From Bacteroidota bacterium (GTDB lineage Bacteria; Bacteroidota; Ignavibacteria; Tepidaquicellales; Tepidaquicellaceae), in assembly GCA_023429265.1 (NCBI GenBank), contig JAEYVS010000103.1, positions 1 to 55,993 of the forward strand: a stretch of 55,993 nt of DNA. Direction: 5' to 3'. A model generated the notes under the pieces. That model saw only the letters and a list, made by a program, of their open reading frames with translations, was not told the DNA's origin and searched no databases. The position numbers were made by a program, and so were the translations under genes. Within the stretch, counting starts at the first letter, position 1; every line of letters starts with the position of its first letter. Positions 49,990 to 55,993 of this stretch are shown piece after piece.

Positions 49990-51363
49990 GTGAAAGGATG
50001 TGATAGTTTCCGAGTTATTTTTCACATACACAACATTATCATATTTCATAGTTATGATATCAACTTTTCCGGAAGCTCTTTCGCTTGTACCGGATAAAAC
50101 CATACCCCTGGATTTATCAAACTTCATACTTTTAAGTAAATCATCTTTATTATTGACGGTATCGTTATAGTTTAATTTCCATAACAGATCGCCATTAATA
50201 TCATATTTAAGAATCAAAAAATCACTTCCGTGAGCTGTATCCTCAATTGAGGAACCTCCAACATATATGTCATTATATTTATCCAGAAGGATTTCATTAG
50301 GCATGTCATTTTTATCAGCATTTCCATTATAAACTCTTTCCCATATTACGTTACCCAATGAATCATACATTATAGTAGTAATATCTTTACTCTCTCCAAT
50401 ACCTCTTGACCCGGTTATAATAATATTTGAGTTATCATCAATAGACATATCCTGCAGCAGATCAACTCCATTCTGATAATCATGGACTCTCTCCCAAATA
50501 ATATTTCCATCAACATCATACTTTATAATCACTATATCACTACCGGTAATTGTATTAGTTACATTTCCAGCTACTATAACGTTCAAACTTTTATCAATCG
50601 CTAGAGACTGCGCACTGTCCATATTGCCAGCCGAACCATTGTAAAAATCAGACCACAACATTGTTCCACCAGAATCACATTTAATAGTCGTAAAACCCCA
50701 TTGCTGTGAAGAATTTAATCGGTTTCTTCCGGTGAGATAATAATTGCCCAAAGAGTCTAATTTAAAATCAAAAACTTTGCATGCTTCGGTACTTGGAGTA
50801 TTATGAGAATAATAATTTTTAGAAAAAATTATCCCAAACGGTGAATGTGGTCGCATTTTTGTAACAGTAAATGACGTAAATCCCATGCCCGGACTTCCGG
50901 GAGAAGACAATGAACCTGCAATGTAGATATAATCATTATTATCAATTTGAATAAAACTTCTGTTTTTCCTTCCATCCCAACTCACAAAAGCGGTAGATGA
51001 AGCAGTAACCCAAGCAGTATTAAAATAATATGCTTTTATATACAGGTCATCATAAACGGAACTAAAAATTAGACCGGAAGAATGTTCTGCCAATCCATAA
51101 CCTTTAGTTTTTGAATTGGAAAACTGGGCATTGAATAACAATTCCCCAGCTGAAGAATATCTGACAAAAGGAGCTCGGAAATTAATAGAAGAGTTGTATG
51201 AATGCCCTGTTAAAAAAATACTTCCATTTTTATCAATTAAAACTTCATTCACGTCGTTAATACTATCAAGGGAATACAATGCTGTCCATTGCAAATCAGG
51301 AGTTTGCGAATTAGATTCAGTTACGAGTATAAATATAAGAAATGTGAGCAGTATCTTCCTCAT
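49738..51363 (-). CDS. SBBP-like beta-propeller repeat protein with T9SS C-terminal sorting domain (array gene 4)
   Basis: 541 aa. Signal peptide, repeats such as DKNGSIFLTGHS, DSLGNYYLTGR, IIKYDVDGNIIWERV and TIMYDSLGNVIWERV, and the same CTD. 4-nt ATGA overlap with the next gene. Confidence 0.7.
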   Translation of the reverse strand: MRKILLTFLIFILVTESNSQTPDLQWTALYSLDSINDVNEVLIDKNGSIFLTGHSYNSSINFRAPFVRYSSAGELLFNAQFSNSKTKGYGLAEHSSGLIFSSVYDDLYIKAYYFNTAWVTASSTAFVSWDGRKNRSFIQIDNNDYIYIAGSLSSPGSPGMGFTSFTVTKMRPHSPFGIIFSKNYYSHNTPSTEACKVFDFKLDSLGNYYLTGRNRLNSSQQWGFTTIKCDSGGTMLWSDFYNGSAGNMDSAQSLAIDKSLNVIVAGNVTNTITGSDIVIIKYDVDGNIIWERVHDYQNGVDLLQDMSIDDNSNIIITGSRGIGESKDITTIMYDSLGNVIWERVYNGNADKNDMPNEILLDKYNDIYVGGSSIEDTAHGSDFLILKYDINGDLLWKLNYNDTVNNKDDLLKSMKFDKSRGMVLSGTSERASGKVDIITMKYDNVVYVKNNSETITSFHLSQNYPNPFNPSTKIKFDIPKGSLVKLKIYDMLGREVAELVNDKLNPGTYEYEWNGVNLPSGVYFYKLESENFIETKRMVLVK

Positions 51364-51611
51364 TTTACCAGTACCATTCTTTTAGTTTCGATGAAGTTTT
51401 CGGATTCGAGCTTATAGAAATATACTCCGCTGGGGAGGTTTATTCCGTTCCATTCGTATTCGTAGGTACCGGGGTTTAATTTTTCATTAACGAGTGTAGC
51501 TACTTCCCGACCGAGCATATCGTAAATTTTTAATTTCACTAGCGATCCTTTAGGGATGTCAAATTTAATTTTCGTGGACGGGTTGAATGGATTGGGATAG
51601 TTTTGATGAAG
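51360..51611 (-). repeat. CTD-module repeat copy 3 (coding)
   Basis: Begins TCATTTTACCAGTACCATTC and is colinear with the other four copies. Confidence 0.85.
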
Positions 51612-52613
51612 GGAGGAAATTTTTGGTAAATTACTATTAAGTTCATTAACACTAGTAGGAATTCCGCCCCCGTTTGTAGTCATGAGTAGTGTATCATCAT
51701 TATAAATGAATCCTGTATTAGGATCAATAAAATAAAAATCATTTATTGTGTTTAACCCGGTATTAAAATATACCCAAGAAAGACCTCCATTTGTTGTTTT
51801 AACTCCTTTAATAATTGAGTCCAAACCTACTGTTGGAATAGCATATCCAATATTTTCTGTAACTAATTCAACTTTTGCATCTCTATATAGAAACATTGAA
51901 CCATTCCACGTAAGACCACCATTTGTTGTAGATTTTATTTCCATTCTTCTAGATAGTAATCCATTATTTTCATTAAGACATGCATCAACATAGTCTGCGT
52001 GATTTCCACTTACTAAAATATTCCAATTGAATCCAACATCATGCGACTCCCTTATACTATAAATATATTGAAATGGTCCATTGGCTCTGCCAGAAACGAC
52101 AAAATATTTGTTTGTATGTGAGCTATTTGAACCAATATAATCTTCATTAGCAATAGAATTTGTAATCCAATTTATCCCACCATTTGAAGTAAAAAATGAA
52201 TTTATTGGATTTGAATTACCAGCAATTACAATTCCCGAATCAACACTTTGAAAAGAGATCAACTTCAAATCACCAGTAGTATTTAGCTTTAAACTATCCC
52301 ATGAATTACCAAAATTTGATGTTTTATAAGTCCATCCAGAGTTTGAAGCTATATAAATATAGCTGTGCGACATGGAAATAGAATTGAAATCATTTGAAAT
52401 ACTATTGGGAATTAACTGCCAGTTTAGTCCACCATTTGATGTTTTAGCAAAAACTCCTTCAGAACCAACGAGATAACCCGTTGAATGATCATAAAATGAT
52501 ATAGACCTGATTATTTTACCATTTAAAAAGTCTGTATTAATATGCGCCCAATTTGATTGAGAGAAAGTGTTATCCGCAAGAATTAAAAATATAAATAAAA
52601 TAACCTGTCTCAT
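51360..52613 (-). CDS. Ycf48/BNR-like beta-propeller repeat protein with T9SS C-terminal sorting domain (array gene 3)
   Basis: 417 aa. Signal peptide, repeats KTSNGGLNW, TSNGGINW, TTNGGLTW and TTNGGLSW, and the same CTD. ATGA overlaps at both ends. Confidence 0.75.
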   Translation of the reverse strand: MRQVILFIFLILADNTFSQSNWAHINTDFLNGKIIRSISFYDHSTGYLVGSEGVFAKTSNGGLNWQLIPNSISNDFNSISMSHSYIYIASNSGWTYKTSNFGNSWDSLKLNTTGDLKLISFQSVDSGIVIAGNSNPINSFFTSNGGINWITNSIANEDYIGSNSSHTNKYFVVSGRANGPFQYIYSIRESHDVGFNWNILVSGNHADYVDACLNENNGLLSRRMEIKSTTNGGLTWNGSMFLYRDAKVELVTENIGYAIPTVGLDSIIKGVKTTNGGLSWVYFNTGLNTINDFYFIDPNTGFIYNDDTLLMTTNGGGIPTSVNELNSNLPKISSLHQNYPNPFNPSTKIKFDIPKGSLVKLKIYDMLGREVATLVNEKLNPGTYEYEWNGINLPSGVYFYKLESENFIETKRMVLVK

Positions 52614-52861
52614 TTTACCAGTACCATCCTTTTAATTTCGATAAAATTTTCCGCTTCGATTTTATAAAAATAAACTCCGCTCGGTAGATTAATTCCATTC
52701 CATTCGTATTCGTAAGTACCGGGATTTAGTTTTTCATTTACGAGCGTAGCCACTTCCCGCCCGAGCATATCGTAAATTTTTAATTTCACGAACAAGCCCT
52801 TTGGTATGTCGAATTTTATTCTAGTTGAGGGATTGAATGGGTTTGGATAGTTTTGGTGGAG
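52610..52861 (-). repeat. CTD-module repeat copy 4 (coding)
   Basis: Begins TCATTTTACCAGTACCATCC and is colinear with the other four copies. Confidence 0.85.
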
Positions 52862-54679
52862 GAAGAATGAAGAGGGAATTTGGTTTTGAATAAGATTTAC
52901 ATTGGTAAATATACCCCCACCGTTAGTAGTTCTTGCTAAAGTAACACCTCCATATACAAATCCTGTGTTATAATCCAGGAAATAAGAGTTACTGATTTGT
53001 TGCATACCTGTATTGAAGGTTTCCCAGTTTTGTCCGCCATTTACTGTTTTTGCTCCAATTTGTCCACCAATTAAAAATCCAACATTAGAATTTATAAAAT
53101 GCATAGAGGATGGTAAGTTAGTAATATTATATGCTTGCCAATTCTCTCCGGCATTAAAGGTTTTGTATAGTAATCTAGAACTAGTATAAATTGTTGATAA
53201 AAATCCTATATCTCCTTTAAAATCCATAAATGAAAACCAGTTGTTAGAAATGAATAGTTTTTGATTCCATGATATTCCCCGATTTGAAGACTTAAAAAAC
53301 CTTCCATAATGATAATTTATTCCTGCTTCTTCGGAAATTACATAAACATTATTATCTTCATACTCAACATCATTTATCCATCCAAACCCATGAATATCTG
53401 ATGAAGTCCAATTTAAGCCTCCATTAGTAGTATTATAGGATTTTGGTATAAAAGAGATTGCATTTCCTTCATTTTCATTTGTAAAATTTACTCCAACTAG
53501 ATTTCTATTTACATTTAAATTTAGCTCAATCCAGTAATAACCTCCATTCGTACTTTTGTAAATTTTCCCGGTATCACTTGCCATATAAAAAATTGAATCA
53601 TATAAAATATCCATTTTGTAAAAATTACTTTCTATTCCTGTTTCTATTTTAGTCCAATTTATACCTGCGTCAGTTGTTTTGTAAAAAGTCCCTTTATTGC
53701 CAGCAAAATAACCTGTCTGATTATCAATAAATTCCATTGAATTAATACTGCCACCATTTAAAAAATCTATTAGCTTTTGATTCCAGCTATTTCCTGAATT
53801 GGTAGATTTTACTATTGCACCATAAGAGCCAACCATAACAAGATTAGAATCTGAATCAATATCAAAATTAGTTTCGAGTATATCAGAAGATATATCGCTC
53901 CAATTTATTCCACCGTTAGTGGTTTTATGTGTCTTGTTTAAATCTAACCCATACCCTGTATTTTGTGAAATAAATTTAATCTTGTCGTATGAACTCGTAC
54001 TGACCGCTACGGTAATCCAGCTTGTCCCACCATTTATAGTTTTGATAAATTTTCCACTAGTTCCGCTTGCATAACCTATTTGAGAATTTATAAAATACAT
54101 TGAATAGACTCTACCGACATACACCATATTCCAATTCAAACCGCCATTGCTCGTTCTGTACAAATTATTATTGTTTCCTACTACATAACCATGATTTTCT
54201 GTAAAAAAATAAGTTTCAACTATATTTCCAGCCCCTGGAACATTTATAGAATTCCAGGTCAAGCCCCCGTCTGTGGTTTTCTTTCCTCTACCAAATCCTA
54301 CCATTTCACTAACAAACATTGATATCTCGGGTGCAGATGCATTCACCAGTACCCAATTGATGCCTCCATTTGTTGATTTGTATAGTCCACCTTCAGAAAT
54401 ATAACCTGTAGAAAAATAACCGGTATCTTTATTTACAAAACAAACTTTTCTGATGGTTGAACTATTTAACGAAGTTGAAATTGTTTGCCAGGTTTCTCCC
54501 TTATCAGTTGATTTTATCAATGCATTATACCACCCGCACGCATAGAATACTCCGTCAATGTATTGAACATCCGTCAGATCATTTCCGGTGGGAAGCGGGT
54601 TCATCAAAGTAAAATTCGATTGAGAATTTACCTCCGATAGAAATAAAAACATTATTATTATTATCATCACCTTCCTCAT
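52610..54679 (-). CDS. Ycf48/BNR-like beta-propeller repeat protein with T9SS C-terminal sorting domain (array gene 2)
   Basis: 689 aa. Signal peptide, at least 10 repeats of the type STDKGETW / STNGGINW / TTDGGLTW / TINGGTSW, and the same CTD. Confidence 0.75.
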   Translation of the reverse strand: MRKVMIIIIMFLFLSEVNSQSNFTLMNPLPTGNDLTDVQYIDGVFYACGWYNALIKSTDKGETWQTISTSLNSSTIRKVCFVNKDTGYFSTGYISEGGLYKSTNGGINWVLVNASAPEISMFVSEMVGFGRGKKTTDGGLTWNSINVPGAGNIVETYFFTENHGYVVGNNNNLYRTSNGGLNWNMVYVGRVYSMYFINSQIGYASGTSGKFIKTINGGTSWITVAVSTSSYDKIKFISQNTGYGLDLNKTHKTTNGGINWSDISSDILETNFDIDSDSNLVMVGSYGAIVKSTNSGNSWNQKLIDFLNGGSINSMEFIDNQTGYFAGNKGTFYKTTDAGINWTKIETGIESNFYKMDILYDSIFYMASDTGKIYKSTNGGYYWIELNLNVNRNLVGVNFTNENEGNAISFIPKSYNTTNGGLNWTSSDIHGFGWINDVEYEDNNVYVISEEAGINYHYGRFFKSSNRGISWNQKLFISNNWFSFMDFKGDIGFLSTIYTSSRLLYKTFNAGENWQAYNITNLPSSMHFINSNVGFLIGGQIGAKTVNGGQNWETFNTGMQQISNSYFLDYNTGFVYGGVTLARTTNGGGIFTNVNLIQNQIPSSFFLHQNYPNPFNPSTRIKFDIPKGLFVKLKIYDMLGREVATLVNEKLNPGTYEYEWNGINLPSGVYFYKIEAENFIEIKRMVLVK

Positions 54680-54927
54680 TTTATTAGTACCATCCTTTTG
54701 GTTTCAATATAATTCTCCGCTTCAATTTTGTAAAAATAAACCCCGCTAGGCAAACTTATTCCATTCCACTCATACTCATATACCCCCGCATTCAGCTTTT
54801 CATTCACCAGCTCCGCCACCTCCCGACCGAGGACATCATAGATCTTTAATTTCACGAGTGATCCTTTGGGGACGTCGAATTTTATTTTTGTGGAGGGATT
54901 GAATGGGTTTGGGTAGTTTTGGTGGAG
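54676..54927 (-). repeat. CTD-module repeat copy 5 (coding)
   Basis: Begins TCATTTTATTAGTACCATCC. It is the most diverged of the five copies but remains colinear. Confidence 0.8.
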
Positions 54928-55587
54928 AGAAAAGGAGATTGGAATTTCATTTGTTATTATATTCACATTTGTTAAACTGGTATCCCCATAAACAATTCCA
55001 TTAATTCTGCAACCTTTAAGATTTAGGCTTTCACTTGTAAAATTTGACTGCAAAAAGTATGAATAAGTGTATTTTGTATAACCAAACTTCTTAGTGAAAG
55101 TTAGATTTGTTGATGCCCCTCCCATTGGAATACTTATACTCCATCTAAAATTTTTCCGATATGTTTGTTCTCCAAACACCGTCATTGAAGATGTATCATT
55201 ACACCTGGATGATGAAGTTTTGCACATATTTCCATTTAGGTCATTAATTTTTGCTCTCAGACTATCTTCGAAGTTTTCAAAAGAATAAAACGAACAACTA
55301 CCCGTTGAATCATATGAATAAAGACTTCCGGTAGTAGAATCTAGTCTTAACCACTTATTATACAGTCCATGTGCAAAATAGTATGTTCTACCATTAATCA
55401 TAGTATCATTCAAGATATTCATAACAATAATGGAATCAATATTGATTGTTTGACCATTTGAACTGGTGCTATAATGGTAATCATACACAAAGATATTCCC
55501 AACCTGTAATGGAAAATAATCTGAATATTGAGAATATAAATTGGAATGAAACATTGCCAGGAATAAAAATAGTAGAATCTTTCTCAT
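54676..55587 (-). CDS. Secreted protein of unknown fold with T9SS C-terminal sorting domain (array gene 1)
   Basis: 303 aa. Signal peptide, a ~200-aa N-terminal region with no TTNGG or SBBP repeats, and the same CTD (…ETKRMVLIK). Confidence 0.7.
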   Translation of the reverse strand: MRKILLFLFLAMFHSNLYSQYSDYFPLQVGNIFVYDYHYSTSSNGQTINIDSIIVMNILNDTMINGRTYYFAHGLYNKWLRLDSTTGSLYSYDSTGSCSFYSFENFEDSLRAKINDLNGNMCKTSSSRCNDTSSMTVFGEQTYRKNFRWSISIPMGGASTNLTFTKKFGYTKYTYSYFLQSNFTSESLNLKGCRINGIVYGDTSLTNVNIITNEIPISFSLHQNYPNPFNPSTKIKFDVPKGSLVKLKIYDVLGREVAELVNEKLNAGVYEYEWNGISLPSGVYFYKIEAENYIETKRMVLIK

Positions 55588-55708
55588 TTTTTCTCATTTT
55601 AGGTGGGAGCCTGTATAAAATTACTACTTTATACTTAAAGAATCAATAGTGTGTGCTGAGCAGGAAATGCTGTTTTAAAAAGATATTAAATGTAAAATAT
55701 AAGTGTTT

Positions 55709-55993
55709 TTACGCGAAGAGCATATCGATCATTTCGAGGACGCTTTTTCCGTCGGCTTCCGCGTTGAAGTTTAGCAGGAGGCGGTGGCGGAGTACGGGTC
55801 GTGATACACGCTTTACGTCATCGATAGTCGGAGAGTACCTGCCTTCGAGAATGCAGAGTGTCTTCGCTCCGAGTATGAGATACTGCGAAGCGCGGGGACC
55901 TGCTCCCCAGCTAATGTAGTCCTTTATGAACTGCGGGCTGTCGGGATTTGCAGGGCGTGTTTTTGCAACAAGGTTTACTGTGTAATCTATGAC
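55709..55993 (-). CDS. MoxR-family AAA+ ATPase, C-terminal fragment (5' end lies outside the window)
   Basis: Hand translation of the minus strand from the window edge gives VIDYTVNLVAKTRPANPDSPQFIKDYISWGAGPRASQYLILGAKTLCILEGRYSPTIDDVKRVSRPVLRHRLLLNFNAEADGKSVLEMIDMLFA*. The WGAGPRAS...VLRHR pattern is typical of the MoxR C-terminus. Confidence 0.8.
   Translation of the reverse strand, partial: VIDYTVNLVAKTRPANPDSPQFIKDYISWGAGPRASQYLILGAKTLCILEGRYSPTIDDVKRVSRPVLRHRLLLNFNAEADGKSVLEMIDMLFA

Noticed and set aside
47597-54927. Five regularly recurring ~250-bp repeats, considered as a CRISPR-like or non-coding repeat array
   Set aside because: The repeats are far too long and are spaced 1.2-2.1 kb apart. 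Each lies in frame as the C-terminal sorting domain of a protein gene. They are coding modules, not a CRISPR array.
55581-55600. Tandem 10-bp duplication TTCTCATTTT x2 at the start of the first array gene. The second copy matches the CTCATTTTA junction core, which suggested a remnant of a sixth gene junction.
   Set aside because: Only 9-10 nt match in very AT-rich DNA, and no CTD-like coding sequence follows. This is indistinguishable from chance or a small slippage duplication.
55653-55919. 88-aa + strand ORF at the right edge
   Set aside because: It is antisense to the MoxR-type ATPase C-terminus, which has a clear family signature.

Overview
AT-rich chromosomal window. By inference it comes from an FCB-superphylum bacterium (Ignavibacteria/Bacteroidota-like). 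The basis is nine genes ending in type IX secretion (T9SS) C-terminal sorting domains, a PorV/PorQ-family barrel, a SusC-like TonB-dependent receptor and a GWxTD protein. No transposase, integrase, CRISPR array or phage gene was seen.

Layout:
(1) 1-2.1 kb: a long non-coding stretch, tRNA-Gly and tRNA-Cys, then gap.
(2) 2.3-6.2 kb (+): efp-accB-accC, a membrane protein and a FabL-like SDR.
(3) 6.3-10.0 kb (+): a 1143-aa tubulin/FtsZ-superfamily GTPase with a C-terminal SHOCT-like motif, spaced 1 nt from an FmdB-type zinc ribbon. I rate this the most novel item.
(4) 10.1-12.8 kb: a secreted M16 peptidase pair.
(5) 12.9-17.5 kb (-): lptB, pdxJ, CPBP protease, YbbR-like and GWxTD proteins.
(6) 17.6-25.0 kb (-): SusC-like TBDR, a 1113-aa secreted protein and a PorV-family barrel.
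(7) 25.1-31.0 kb (-): three tandem paralogous Asp-box/BNR T9SS cargo genes.
(8) 31.0-47.2 kb (-): a 2-hydroxyacid dehydrogenase, engB and a large ribosomal-protein/secY/rpoA cluster. The cluster starts abruptly at rplB, with no rpsJ-rplC-rplD-rplW. It carries a tRNA-Gln between rplR and rpsE and an independently terminated outer-membrane barrel gene between rpmD and rplO. Several r-proteins have charged low-complexity extensions.
(9) 47.6-55.6 kb (-): five translationally coupled T9SS cargo genes that share a near-identical ~250-bp 3' sorting-domain module.
(10) Right edge: the 3' end of a MoxR-type AAA ATPase gene.

All domain calls come from motifs read by eye. No database search was run.
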